Shown: positions 39,629 to 53,984, counted from the first letter of the whole stretch. The stretch: DNA of 63,767 nt, filler included, from Octopus bimaculoides (GCF_001194135.2; 8 parts of 8 records of this genome joined end to end with filler, not necessarily neighbours in it), one strand, 5' to 3'. The notes: generated by a model from the sequence alone, not told the origin. Translations and numbers: made by a program.

Positions 39629-41462
39629 CATACACGCGTGCACACACTCATACAACTATGTTTATATGCATGAACAAAGTATGAAATATCGGGGCAATAT
39701 GGTTTGTAGATTACCTTGGTCAACTATAAAATATTTTATAGAAGACGAAAGAATGGAAGCCCAAGTCCATCTCGGTTGTATATATTTCTTTATAATAATG
39801 TATACGTATGTCTAAATCACCATTGTTATTATCACCATGGAAAATTCTGTCTCACCGCGTGTATGCAGGAATATATATATGTGTTTATATATATATATAT
39901 GTATGTGTTTCNNNNNNNNNNNNNNNNNNNNNNNNNNNNNNNNNNNNNNNNNNNNTTAATTAATTAANNNNNNNNNNNNNNNNNNNNNNNNNNNNNNNNN
40001 NNNNNNNNNNNAATGCATCTTACAACTGTGCCTGTCACCTGTATGGTGAGGAATCCTACTTTGGGGAGTAGTAACGACTAGGCTAGGGTAGCTGACTGAT
40101 TATCGTGATCATTCGTCTTTTGGTTTCCTGTAGCTTTGCTCTCTTTTACAAACCCGGTGAACATACATATATTTTCTATTTCAAAGAAATTCACACAATA
40201 CATATAAGACCCAAGTTAAAAAGATTCCCAACAATTCAACTTCTCTGGTTGACATTAACACACCCACCCCCAATAGGGGGCTTCATTCCCACATTTTAGA
40301 GCTCCATGACCTCCATTTTTCAGGAGCAAAATCCTTTTTACAGGTTCCAAAAGACTGAAATTTTGGAATATTCGCATAAAAATCGATAGTATGGTATACA
40401 TGTCTCATGATTAGAATTTTTTTAGGGTGTGTAAAGAGGGAATAATATATAATTTCATATGTTTCCCCATATAATATCATTATTTTATAATTGTTCAGAG
40501 AAAATGATGCATTTGTTTTAATTATTGGGGAACTGTGGAGAATAATTTTGAATATGTATATATTTGTGTTTGAGACGTCGTAGTTGAGTTGATTAGACAT
40601 GTGGTAAGGAGCTGTACGCAACAACTCCAATTAACAATTTCAATTTAGTAACTACTCATATACTCAATGACAATTTGTTTTTTACGTTCAACTATAGAAA
40701 AGGAATTGATCTGTCACATTACAACTCAGCATATATTTTTCACTGGTGACCTATTGATCGATATCAGCTTATGGGTCATTTTCAATCACTGACGGATCTT
40801 ATTGTTGTTCTTGATTCCCACCAATTTCTTAATTCCATTTATTTTTTAATACTAGAAAACATCAACCTGGAATAGAGAGGCACGGTGTACAGAAGCCGGT
40901 TTGCCAAATGTAAACTTCTCTAATGGAAAAAGGAGATACGTGTCAGTTATATATATATATATATATATCTATATATATATATATATATATATATNNNNNN
41001 NNNNNNNNNNNNNNNNNNNNNNNNNNNNNNNNNNNNNNNNNNNNNNNNNNNNNNNNNNNNNNNNNNNNNNNNNNNNNNNNNNNNNNNNNNNNNNNNNNNN
41101 NNNNNNNNNNNNNNNNNNNNNNNNNNNNNNNNNNNNNNNNNNNNNNNNNNNNNNNNNNNNNNNNNNNNNNNNNNNNNNNNNNNNNNNNNNNNNNNNNNNN
41201 NNNNNNNNNNNNNNNNNNNNNNNNNNNNNNNNNNNNNNNNNNNNNNNNNNNNNNNNNNNNNNNNNNNNNNNNNNNNNNNNNNNNNNNNNNNNNNNNNNNN
41301 NNNNNNNNNNNNNNNNNNNNNNNNNNNNNNNNNNNNNNTATATATATATATATCCATACATACATACATACATACATACATACATACATACATACATACA
41401 TACGTATATGATGATGCAAACAGGAAAAATAGAACTCAAAATCTGAGTGTATGTATATTTTT

Positions 41463-41590
41463 AGTGATATTTAGCAAAAGCAACAAAGTGACTCAAGGCT
41501 CGAGAGTTTCGTGTATTAGCACTTTGATAAGTGCTAACACACGAAACTCTCAGACCTTCCATCACACTGTTGCTTCTGCTAAATATCACT
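41463..41590. repeat. 128-nt near-perfect palindrome (62-bp arms, 4-nt loop TGAT)
   Basis: Base-by-base comparison gives 10 mismatches in 62 bp and only 1 in the inner 23 bp. Confidence 0.95.
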
Positions 41591-41811
41591 TTACACACAC
41601 ACACACACAACACATCTCTATGTGCAACCCTATAAACATTCTCAAATTTGACTGAGTTTAAAAGATTAATGCAACGCAGCTTGTCTAAGTTTAAACTCTT
41701 CTTAAAGTGGTCGAGTCCGAGTTTTGGCTCTGTTGCCCGTTTGTAAATCAAGACACTTTACTTTCGCTATAGGCGTTAATACGAAAAGAATGAACGTCAT
41801 ATCATCGTATA

Positions 41812-42145
41812 TTACCACTCATAAACTTGTGTTTTACTCATAGTAGCGTCCTTGTAAGCTGTTTAAAGCATGATACCTATTTTGGCCACCGTTTTCCCCA
41901 ACAGAAAACAGAATTTCACGGAAGCACGCTGTTCCTTCGTTTCAGCCATCGCAAAAATCGACAATCGGGGAGAACCAAGCCAAAACAAAGACGCACCACG
42001 TAGCAGTACGACCATATCCAACAACGCCGGTCGGCAGGATGATGCCTGAGGGTCGCATCAAGTGGCTTCTAGCGGCGGAAGCCCGAACTACAAAGGGGTT
42101 GTCAAACTGCAAACGTTTCTGGTTACTTTTGGGCACCTCCTCGTA
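41812..42145 (-). mobile_element. mariner transposon 5' end (TA + TIR, 5' UTR, transposase N-terminal HTH), pseudogenised
   Basis: The RC begins TA-CGAGGAGGTGCCCAAAAGTAACC. The ATG at 41949 gives MAETKEQRASVKFCFLLGKTVAKIGIML*TAYKDATMSKTQVYEW*, matching the mariner EQR..KFC..LGK...ML..AY....MS...VYEW pattern. Confidence 0.9.
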
Positions 42146-43273
42146 GGTGTGTATATATACGCACAGTGGTAGAGACACACACCTACTTACACAACCCTAC
42201 ACACACACAGACACACACACACCCACCCATATATACGCGCACGCCTACATACACGTACATACACAGCCACATACATATGTACACACACACACACAGGAGT
42301 GCACACACAAAATAACACACATACCTGGCACACATCCTTACGCTCTCACACACATACGCACGCACACACACATAAACACACACATACACATACACACACG
42401 CACACACACCTCTCACATACACAAACACACACATACACATNNNNNNNNNNNNNNNNNNNNNNNNNNNNNNNNNNNNNNNNNNNNNNNNNNNNNNNNNNNN
42501 NNNNNNNNNNNNNNNNNNNNNNNNNNNNNNNNNNNNNNNNNNNNNNNNNNNNNNNNNNNNNNNNNNNNNNNNNNNNNNNNNNNNNNNNNNNNNNNNNNNN
42601 NNNNNNNNNNNNNNNNNNNNNNNNNNNNNNNNNNNNNNNNNNNNNNNNNNNNNNNNNNNNNNNNNNNNNNNNNNNNNNNNNNNNNNNNNNNNNNNNNNNN
42701 NNNNNNNNNNNNNNNNNNNNNNNNNNNNNNNNNNNNNNNNNNNNNNNNNNNNNNNNNNNNNNNNNNNNNNNNNNNNNNNNNNNNNNNNNNNNNNNNNNNN
42801 NNNNNNNNNNNNNNNNNNNNNNNNNNNNNNNNNNNNNNNNNNNNNNNNNNNNNNNNNNNNNNNNNNNNNNNNNNNNNNNNNNNNNNNNNNNNNNNNNNNN
42901 NNNNNNNNNNNNNNNNNNNNNNNNNNNNNNNNNNNNNNNNNNNNNNNNNNNNNNNNNNNNNNNNNNNNNNNNNNNNNNNNNNNNNNNNNNNNNNNNNNNN
43001 NNNNNNNNNNNNNNNNNNNNNNNNNNNNNNNNNNNNNNNNNNNNNNNNNNNNNNNNNNNNNNNNNNNNNNNNNNNNNNNNNNNNNNNNNNNNNNNNNNNN
43101 NNNNNNNNNNNNNNNNNNNNNNNNNNNNNNNNNNNNNNNNNNNNNNNNNNNNNNNNNNNNNNNNNNNNNNNNNNNNNNNNNNNNNNNNNNNNNNNNNNNN
43201 NNNNNNNNNNNNNNNNNNNNNNNNNNNNNNNNNNNNNNNNNNNNNNNNNNNNNNNNNNNNNNNNNNNNNNNNN

Positions 43274-43319
<46 letters not shown>

Positions 43320-43449
43320 AGAGAGAGAGACATATACTTGCATATGTGCGCATACAAGTAGACTATGTATGTATGTATGTATGTATTGGATGGATGGATG
43401 GATGGATGGATGGATGGGTAGTGTATGTTTATAGAATACCCGCATGCCA

Positions 43450-43770
43450 AAACATGGTGAGCTGGAGCGAAAAAATGACCCCTGTGCAAGGCATGCGACT
43501 GCACCTAGAAAGTTATCTACCGAGGCACAAGTCCAGGCAAGGTTGCTTATGGAAGACTATCAATTACATACCAATCTCCCCTCTCCGTGTCACTGAGTTA
43601 TTCAAGAGAAAGGCAACTCATGGGAATCGCAACTCATTTCTACAGTTGAGTGAACTTAAGAAACATGAAATAAAGTGTCTTGCTCAAGAACACAACACAG
43701 CACAGTCCAGGAATCGAACTCATTACCACATGATTGTGAGCTCAACGCTCTAACCGCAGAGCCATGCGCC
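43450..43770 (-). mobile_element. Near full-length tRNA-derived SINE
   Basis: The RC head reads GGCGCATGGCTCTGCGGTTAGAGCG (A box) then GAGTTCGATTCC (B box), followed by TTGAGCAAGACACTTTATTTCA and the 3' tail shared with the 27.3 kb copy. Confidence 0.85.
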
Positions 43771-43779
43771 TTAACACTG

Positions 43780-44130
43780 GTAAATATATGGAGGAAGTTA
43801 ACCATCTCCCTCAGAAAGGTACGAAACAGCCTATTTCGTATGCTCAATGTGGTCACGTCTGCTTCTCAAAGGCAGGCCTATGCAGCCATAAGTTTTGTAA
43901 CGGAGGCGCCCTTGTCAACCAGTGTAATATCCAGCATGTTCTCGTGTGCACCTTGTGTAGCAGAAAGTGCGGTTCTGCCCAAGGACTCACTCGGGATTGT
44001 AAGTCCCAACATCCAGATGATCGGGCTACTGTTGTTGGGTGACTTGTGATCGGGGTGGAATGATTTCTAAGTCCCTTGCAGGCCTTGCGAGTTGTATGAG
44101 TCATCATCAACGATTGGGAGATCAAACTTT
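43780..44130 (+). mobile_element. Decayed RTE-clade LINE C-terminus with three degenerate C2H2-like fingers
   Basis: CGHVCFSKAGLCSH, CTLCSRKCGSAQGLTRDCKSQH and, after a frameshift at 44042, TCDRGGMISKSLAGLASCMSHH all fit the CxxCxxxCxSxxGLxSHxRxH pattern typical of RTE ORF ends. Confidence 0.65.
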
Positions 44131-45816
44131 AGATGTTTCTTAGAGTAAAATGAATTTAGGAAATGGTCTTGCTCGGCCTCGAGTCGATTTTAACACATGT
44201 ATGTATGTATGTATGTATGTATGTATGTATGCATGTGTATCTGTGTGTTGTGTGTGTATATATACGTATGCACACACACACACACACATATATATACATA
44301 TATACATNNNNNNNNNNNNNNNNNNNNNNNNNNNNNNNNNNNNNNNNNNNNNNNNNNNNNNNNNNNNNNNNNNNNNNNNNNNNNNNNNNNNNNNNNNNNN
44401 NNNNNNNNNNNNNNNNNNNNNNNNNNNNNNNNNNNNNNNNNNNNNNNNNNNNNNNNNNNNNNNNNNNNNNNNNNNNNNNNNNNNNNNNNNNNNNNNNNNN
44501 NNNNNNNNNNNNNNNNNNNNNNNNNNNNNNNNNNNNNNNNNNNNNNNNNNNNNNNNNNNNNNNNNNNNNNNNNNNNNNNNNNNNNNNNNNNNNNNNNNNN
44601 NNNNNNNNNNNNNNNNNNNNNNNNNNNNNNNNNNNNNNNNNNNNNNNNNNNNNNNNNNNNNNNNNNNNNNNNNNNNNNNNNNNNNNNNNNNNNNNNNNNN
44701 NNNNNNNNNNNNNNNNNNNNNNNNNNNNNNNNNNNNNNNNNNNNNNNNNNNNNNNNNNNNNNNNNNNNNNNNNNNNNNNNNNNNNNNNNNNNNNNNNNNN
44801 NNNNNNNNNNNNNNNNNNNNNNNNNNNNNNNNNNNNNNNNNNNNNNNNNNNNNNNNNNNNNNNNNNNNNNNNNNNNNNNNNNNNNNNNNNNNNNNNNNNN
44901 NNNNNNNNNNNNNNNNNNNNNNNNNNNNNNNNNNNNNNNNNNNNNNNNNNNNNNNNNNNNNNNNNNNNNNNNNNNNNNNNNNNNNNNNNNNNNNNNNNNN
45001 NNNNNNNNNNNNNNNNNNNNNNNNNNNNNNNNNNNNNNNNNNNNNNNNNNNNNNNNNNNNNNNNNNNNNNNNNNNNNNNNNNNNNNNNNNNNTATGTATG
45101 TATGTATGCATGTGTATCTGTGTGTTGTGTGTGTATATATACGTATATATTATATATGTTAACATACGTATATATAAATAGATACATATACACACACACA
45201 CGCACAAACAGATACATCCAGTTATGAAACTGCGAGTGATATTCAGTTAGACGCATTTGTGTGGAAGATCAGATAAATGTGGGGCAATTGCTCATTAAGA
45301 AGCGCTGGAATTACATACAATAACTCTATATATTTGGTCATTGCTTACATTTTGTAAAGCAACTGCAACTTGATGAAATGTTTAAACATACATACATAAT
45401 TTTTATGTATGCACACACACACATACACACACACACACATACACACACACACATATGTATATATATGACATCGAACCCGCAAGAGTTAACAAGTGAAACA
45501 GACACAGACAGAAACAAGAAAAATGCCCCTGCTATTTGAATACTTTACAAATATGTCTTTAAAAAGACTTTTCTTTTAAATTTAAAAAAAATTTATTATT
45601 CATATTTAATGTTGAAAAGATCTCAAGGATCAAAATCGGTTCTGTAATGTTTTTTATAAAAGTATATTAGCATTTTCTACCTTGTCTTTTTTCCTTATAT
45701 ATATATGTCTTTTTTCNNNNNNNNNNNNNNNNNNNNNNNNNNNNNNNNNNNNNNNNNNNNTTAATTAATTAANNNNNNNNNNNNNNNNNNNNNNNNNNNN
45801 NNNNNNNNNNNNNNNN

Positions 45817-45891
<75 letters not shown>

Positions 45892-46185
45892 AATTTAATG
45901 CCTCAATGCGTGTAAGCATTTGTGCGTCCATACGTAGATACTCATACATTTGCACACAGATTTGTTCACGCATACACACACGCACACACTACACATATAC
46001 ACACGCACACATATACAAACAAACACATACATAAACGCACAGAGACATACAGTCATTCGTACACGCACATACGCACACGTACGCATACGCAGTCATTCGC
46101 TCTCACACACACACATACATACACATGCACACAAGCACACCCACCCACACAAAATCATTCACACACACACGTATACATAGTTATT

Positions 46186-46227
<42 letters not shown>

Positions 46228-46947
46228 TCGGCAATTATTACANNNNNNNNNNATATATATATATATATATATACATATCTTCGTGTTTGTATGGTTGTGT
46301 GTATGTGTGCATAGTGCATATATATGTACATCGTGTTCCAATGATGTACTTTATATCTGTTTATTTGTTTAGTTTAGTTCTTTATCTCTTTTCTTTTTTT
46401 CTGGATGTGTTTTTGTTGTTGTTGTTGTTGTTGTTGACACATTGGTTGGTCGGTTGGACGGATGGATGTTTGGTGGGTTGTATTTGTTGGCTGGTCTGTC
46501 TGGCTGGTTTTCACTGAGTGGACAGCGTTTCGGTCTCAGCCAAAGTAATGTCGGCCGTGTAGTTTATTGATCTGCAAGACAAAATGGACGACAAAATTAT
46601 TATTGAAACAGAAACAAGCACCAAGCATTTTATATTCTGGTGCCACGAGGAGTGAAACGACGCGCGGCACACAGCATACTACTACTACTACTATTTAATG
46701 AAGATAATAGTACTTTCTACGATAGGCACAAGACATGGAATTTGTGCGAATGAGGATAGTTGATTATATTGACCCCCGCCCCCCAGGGGTTCAACTGGTG
46801 CTTATTTTATCGACCTCCGAAAGGATCAAAGGCAAAGTTGACCTCAGTGGAATTTGAACTCAGAACGACGACGGACGAAATGCCGTTAAGCATTTTTGCC
46901 CGGCGGGCTGAGAAAAAGTATCGCTATGGCAGCAACAGTAGCAGCAT

Positions 46948-47014
<67 letters not shown>

Positions 47015-48243
47015 GGGGGAGGGGGTTCTGGTTTCCAAAGATTCCTGATCTCCAAATGAAAAACTTCGTTAAATAAAGCGAAAGATTTTTTTTACCTCGA
47101 CATCCTCTCANNNNNNNNNNNNNNNNNNNNNNNNNNNNNNNNNNNNNNNNNNNNNNNNNNNNNNNNNNNNNNNNNNNNNNNNNNNNNNNNNNNNNNNNNN
47201 NNNNNNNNNNNNNNNNNNNNNNNNNNNNNNNNNNNNNNNNNNNNNNNNNNNNNNNNNNNNNNNNNNNNNNNNNNNNNNNNNNNNNNNNNNNNNNNNNNNN
47301 NNNNNNNNNNNNNNNNNNNNNNNNNNNNNNNNNNNNNNNNNNNNNNNNNNNNNNNNNNNNNNNNNNNNNNNNNNNNNNNNNNNNNNNNNNNNNNNNNNNN
47401 NNNNNNNNNNNNNNNNNNNNNNNNNNNNNNNNNNNNNNNNNNNNNNNNNNNNNNNNNNNNNNNNNNNNNNNNNNNNNNNNNNNNNNNNNNNNNNNNNNNN
47501 NNNNNNNNNNNNNNNNNNNNNNNNNNNNNNNNNNNNNNNNNNNNNNNNNNNNNNNNNNNNNNNNNNNNNNNNNNNNNNNNNNNNNNNNNNNNNNNNNNNN
47601 NNNNNNNNNNNNNNNNNNNNNNNNNNNNNNNNNNNNNNNNNNNNNNNNNNNNNNNNNNNNNNNNNNNNNNNNNNNNNNNNNNNNNNNNNNNNNNNNNNNN
47701 NNNNNNNNNNNNNNNNNNNNNNNNNNNNNNNNNNNNNNNNNNNNNNNNNNNNNNNNNNNNNNNNNNNNNNNNNNNNNNNNNNNNNNNNNNNNNNNNNNNN
47801 NNNNNNNNNNNNNNNNNNNNNNNNNNNNNNNNNNNNNNNNNNNNNNNNNNNNNNNNNNNNNNNNNNNNNNNNNNNNNNNNNNNNNNNNNNNNNNNNNNNN
47901 NNNNNNNNNNNNNNNNNNNNNNNNNNNNNNNNNNNNNNNNNNNNNNNNNNNNNNNNNNNNNNNNNNNNNNNNNNNNNNNNNNNNNNNNNNNNNNNNNNNN
48001 NNNNNNNNNNNNNNNNNNNNNNNNNNNNNNNNNNNNNNNNNNNNGTGTGTGTGTGTGTATGTATGTATGCGTGCATGCATGCATGTATGCATGTATGTAT
48101 GTATGTATGTACGTACGTTTGTATGTGTGTGTATATATATATGTGAGTGTGTGTATGTATATATATATATATATGTATGCATGCATGTATGTATATATGT
48201 ATGCATGTATGAATGTAAGCATGTGTGTGGGTAGATTGACAAT

Positions 48244-48287
<44 letters not shown>

Positions 48288-48308
48288 CAGATAGAGAGAT
48301 AAATAGAT

Positions 48309-48359
<51 letters not shown>

Positions 48360-50169
48360 AAGATAGACAGAGAGATAATTATGCATACATGTGATATATA
48401 CATATATATATATATATATATACGCATGCATGTTTGTGTGTATCTGTGTTTATATATACGCGTACATGGCCGTAAACATGCCGACGTGTACACTAGTGTG
48501 TGTGTGTGTGTGTGTGTGTGCGTGTGCGTCAGTCAGTGGTTGTGTGCGTAGGTGTACGTGTCTACGTATGTGTATGCGACTAGGTCCACCAAGGATAACG
48601 TACGCAAGTTCATGCCGCTGCCGCCACCATCTACCACCCGCCGCTTCTCCTCACCCTTTCTCCCTTTTTGCAATTAATGTCATTTAGATAAAGTAAATAA
48701 TTTAGATAAAATCTAATTAGTATTTTATTTAAATGTATACCGTATTTATGCATGCTCACGTGCATGTGCGCACATACGCACTTACGAACAAGCGAACACA
48801 CACGTATCTAGATGATGTGTGTGTATAGATATGGGTGTGCATATATATACACATTTGCATATATATGTATCTAAGTGTGTATGTATCTATATATCTATGT
48901 ATGGATGCATGTATATATATATGCATAAATATAAGCACACACACATATATGCCTGGATAATACATATGTAAATATATATATATATATATATATANNNNNN
49001 NNNNNNNNNNNNNNNNNNNNNNNNNNNNNNNNNNNNNNNNNNNNNNNNNNNNNNNNNNNNNNNNNNNNNNNNNNNNNNNNNNNNNNNNNNNNNNNNNNNN
49101 NNNNNNNNNNNNNNNNNNTTATTTAAATTTATTTATTTTTCGCTTAAATATCACCATATAAAATGAATTATCATCCCACATTATATCACATTCAATTATA
49201 TTATGTCGTATCATATTATGGTATATCATATCATATTATATTATTTATGGCTTAGTAAATGCTCATTATATATTTATGGAAATATACCTTCCTCCATTTT
49301 AATAGAGTGTTTTCTTTGTGGAACCTGTCTTTGAGATTTTGTTTTTAAAACTATCTTTGGTTCGTTAATTCATGTTTCTGTTGAGTAGGCAAAACATATA
49401 AGATGGTGTCAATAAATGGAAACAACGCGGAAAGGCATTGTATTACCTTTCGTGAGTTGTTTAATGATTTCATATTATTTCGGAAAAGATTCCCCTTTTC
49501 AAATACACGCGAATAGCCTTCTAGTAACAACACATTTCTCCAAAATCTTTGGATATTTTCTCTCTTCTATTTGAACATAAAGAGAAAAATTATTGAATTA
49601 CGTTTCATAGGTTGTTTATACATGCATGATCCTACAAATAATAACGTTATCTGGAACTATAAAAACCTGCAAGATCTTCTTAATGTATGAGAGACGATGA
49701 ACAAAACAAGATGCTTTCCTTCACAAACTTGCTACAAAGTGGGTGGCCAGTCAATATTTACTCTGAATTAAAAAGAGAAAGAGAACAAATACATACATAC
49801 ATACGTACGTACGTACACACCTACATACATGCATACATACATACATACGTACGTACGTACGTACGTACGTACGTGCGTGCGTGCGTGCGTGCGTGCATAC
49901 ATACATACATGTGAGTGTGTGCATGGGGGTGTGTAAACAGGTTGGGATCGTATCGATCATGTTCGTTAGTCCTGTAGCTTTGAGCATGTGAGTGGCTAGT
50001 AGAATACTCTGAGGGAACATTAACAGATTAATTAGTTAATTAATCAATTAAAAAAAATAATTACCTTGCAACCGAAACATGTGTTGCACGGATTGAACTG
50101 CCAATGTCCATTCTTTCAGCTTTATATGTAAATATATGTGTATGTCTGTGTATGTGTGTGTGTATAGAC

Positions 50170-50205
<36 letters not shown>

Positions 50206-50384
50206 ACGTAGGTACATATGGATGTATGTATATACATATACATATAAATACACACGTATATATAGATGCATACGCAGGTACGTGTAGACATCCGAGCACA
50301 CAAAATTTTATGCTTGGGGTTATCAACGCTAACAATAATACTCACGCTACCCTACACATACCTTTGCTTCAGTGTGTGTCTATA

Positions 50385-50454
50385 TATATCTATGTGATAA
50401 TATATCTATGTGATAATATATCTATGTGATAATATATCTATGTGATAATATATC
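50385..50454. repeat. 16-bp perfect tandem repeat (TATATCTATGTGATAA), 4 full copies plus a partial
   Basis: Units start at 50385, 50401, 50417 and 50433, with a partial at 50449. Confidence 0.97.
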
Positions 50455-50512
50455 GTGTGTGTGCTAGTACTTCTGTGCGAACGTATATATACGTGTTGTT
50501 GTACAGGCAAGA

Positions 50513-50543
<31 letters not shown>

Positions 50544-50711
50544 TGCATATATCTACACAAATATAATTACGGGTTTATGCACACAGATGCACACGGGCGC
50601 GCGTGCACCTACACACGTGCACACACACACACATACACACGCACGAACCTACGCATTCAAATACGGATTTATGCGTGTGTCTGTTCAGGAATGGGTTCAT
50701 GCATGTGTGTG

Positions 50712-50753
<42 letters not shown>

Positions 50754-51684
50754 CATAGATATGTATTTGTATGTGTATGCATATGTATATACATGTATGT
50801 GTATATATATATATATATNNNNNNNNNNNNNNNNNNNNNNNNNNNNNNNNNNNNNNNNNNNNNNNNNNNNNNNNNNNNNNNNNNNNNNNNNNNNNNNNNN
50901 NNNNNNNNNNNNNNNNNNNNNNNNNNNNNNNNNNNNNNNNNNNNNNNNNNNNNNNNNNNNNNNNNNNNNNNNNNNNNNNNNNNNNNNNNNNNNNNNNNNN
51001 NNNNNNNNNNNNNNNNNNNNNNNNNNNNNNNNNNNNNNNNNNNNNNNNNNNNNNNNNNNNNNNNNNNNNNNNNNNNNNNNNNNNNNNNNNNNNNNNNNNN
51101 NNNNNNNNNNNNNNNNNNNNNNNNNNNNNNNNNNNNNNNNNNNNNNNNNNNNNNNNNNNNNNNNNNNNNNNNNNNNNNNNNNNNNNNNNNNNNNNNNNNN
51201 NNNNNNNNNNNNNNNNNNNNNNNNNNNNNNNNNNNNNNNNNNNNNNNNNNNNNNNNNNNNNNNNNNNNNNNNNNNNNNNNNNNNNNNNNNNNNNNNNNNN
51301 NNNNNNNNNNNNNNNNNNNNNNNNNNNNNNNNNNNNNNNNNNNNNNNNNNNNNNNNNNNNNNNNNNNNNNNNNNNNNNNNNNNNNNNNNNNNNNNNNNNN
51401 NNNNNNNNNNNNNNNNNNNNNNNNNNNNNNNNNNNNNNNNNNNNNNNNNNNNNNNNNNNNNNNNNNNNNNNNNNNNNNNNNNNNNNNNNNNNNNNNNNNN
51501 NNNNNNNNNNNNNNNNNNNNNNNNNNNNNNNNNNNNNNNNNNNNNNNNNNNNNNNNNNNNNNNNNNNNNNNNNCTGTAAAGGTTATTTTTAAATGTCAGA
51601 AACCAAACGAAAACCTGCTATGTTGAAAAAAAAAATTATAAAATGATGCAAATCTCAAAAGAAACGAATAAATAATAACCGTAA

Positions 51685-51715
<31 letters not shown>

Positions 51716-52563
51716 GGATGATGATGATAATAATAATAATAATAATTAATGCTCTGATGCAGTACAAGGCATTGGCTCTCATGGCTTCTGATCTTCACTG
51801 ATTGGAAGTGTTAACATTGACATTGTTTTGTCTTGGTATAAAAAGATGGACTACAGTAAATATTCTACTTAATACCACAGATTTACTCGTCACTTGCTTG
51901 ACCTTAACTAGTTGAGCGTGTCCCTTGGTGGCAGACGATATGTGCATCCCTGAACGACTACGTAGAAACTTCCTCGCTAACACCAGAGTCGCCATTTTGT
52001 GTGTCGTCTGCTACTACTAGCATTTCGTTATTTCTCTGAAAGATATCAATCGGGACTGAAATGGCTGTGGTTATTGATGTTTAACACCAGGTCAGACCTG
52101 ATTTAATTGGCCTATGATCAAAAGTATTCCAGTCGCGACCACCCCGTCTTATTTTCCCTATTTGCAAGACCAAGATTATCCCACAAATCCATTTCTAAGA
52201 CGATAGCGACATGATTTGAGGAAGATTTGTCTCTTATTTCTAAGACACCGTGTGACCACCTATAGGCCTCCACGCTGACTTCTCCCATCACAAAGTCACG
52301 TGGTCACGTATCGATACATTAGAGTTCACCATTTTGTGTGTCGTCGTCTGCTGGCATTTCGTTATTTCTGTAAAAGATACAAATCGAGACGGAGATGTTT
52401 AATTCAACTCACTTCCCATCTGATTTCCATTTTTTATGAATTATTTATTCAAAAAACAACCAAGTAAACGAAAGAGAAGAGAAGAGGCCAGTAGGAATTA
52501 TTCCTACAGTTTTATCTGGTAGAATCATCTGTTTTGTTGGTGCAGGGGCTTAAAAGAGAAGGA

Positions 52564-52616
<53 letters not shown>

Positions 52617-53984
52617 CCTGTTGATGTTGATGATATGATCGAGAAGAGGAGGAAGAGGAGAAAGGAAAAGTGAATGATAACGATGGTGGTGGTGGTGGAG
52701 ATGATGGTGGTGGTGGTGGGAGTGGTTGTGGGAGTGGTGATGGTTGTGGATGTGGTGGTGGTGGTGGTAGTGGTGGTGGTGATGGTGATAGTGATGATGG
52801 TGGTTTTGGTGGTGGTGGTGGTGGTGGGGATGACTATTTCTATCATTAAATGAAGGCAATACAAAATGTTAGTAGGGGTGGGGGAAACACTCGGTCATTC
52901 GGTAGTGACAACAACAACAACAACAACGACAACAATAACAACAACATCAACAATATCAACACTAAGCACGGCAACAGCAAAAAACAAACAAAACTTTAGG
53001 TCCGTGTGAAGGATTAGTCAATTACAATATCGACTCCAATTCTTGATCGAGAGTATATATTTATCGACCCTGAAAAAGATGAAATTTGAACCCAAAACGT
53101 CACTAACGCCAGGAGTCAGAGAAAATACTACGAAGAATTCTGCCCGACTCCCTTAAGGCGAGGTGTAAGCATGTATATGTGTTAGCCAGATGAGGAAGTA
53201 CAGTACCCACCCATAATCATTTCCCGGGTTTCCTCCCTAACAGTTCAGAAAAACACAAACGGACACTTCTCTCTCCTCCGATTGAAAACCTAACCCGAAT
53301 TCTCACAAACAAAAACCAGTCTCCACTAAACTCCGCTCTGTGCCACAACTATGGTGTTTCAAAACACAAACATCGCAACAATGGAGATATGCGACGAACA
53401 TGAAAACATTCCGCCATTAAACTTCGTACTTCTTATCGCTTCACAGAAATAACTCCCGTCTTTGTTTCCCAATCGCACATCCTCTTCACAGTCGTCTTCC
53501 TTAGATCCTCGGCTATCTCTAACCGTTTCTAAACATCCTATTATCCAAGGATGAAGAATCTTCTTGTGAAAGGCCTGATTTTTATAAGAATCGATCCATG
53601 CCGTTGTCAGATGTTTGTGGCACTTACTGCCATCCGTCTTAATCTTTCGAGAAGCGTTCGTTAAGCCTTCAAAGCCATCAGCGATGGCTCTTTCTTGTAT
53701 GCCTTTTAATGTTCAGTGAAGTTATTCTTTTCAGCTCTAGCGGCCATGTTTGTGTATGTGTGTGTGTGTGTGTGTGTGTGAGGGTTGGTTCTGAGGCATG
53801 CATATATATATATATATATACACATACGCGCGCATACATACAAATATACGTATATTTATAACATATACATACGCGTATAAATAGATACATACTTACATAT
53901 ATATAATATACATGGATATTTATACACACGTACACACACATACGTACAAATAAGTATATATATATATATATATATATATTTGAC

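Noticed and set aside
44217-45146. Duplicated sequence on both sides of gaps (44.2/45.1 kb, also 63.32/63.37 kb)
   Set aside because: These are most likely unresolved contig overlaps or collapsed microsatellite arrays.
46520-46545. Minus-strand hammerhead-like CTGAGACCGAAACGCTGTC
   Set aside because: The core lacks the NGA spacing and has no stem I or stem II.
49690-49765. Minus-strand exon after the strong acceptor TTCTCTTTCTCTTTTTAATTCAG
   Set aside because: It has stops in all frames, and the sequence matches 23335-23385, so it is a dispersed repeat.
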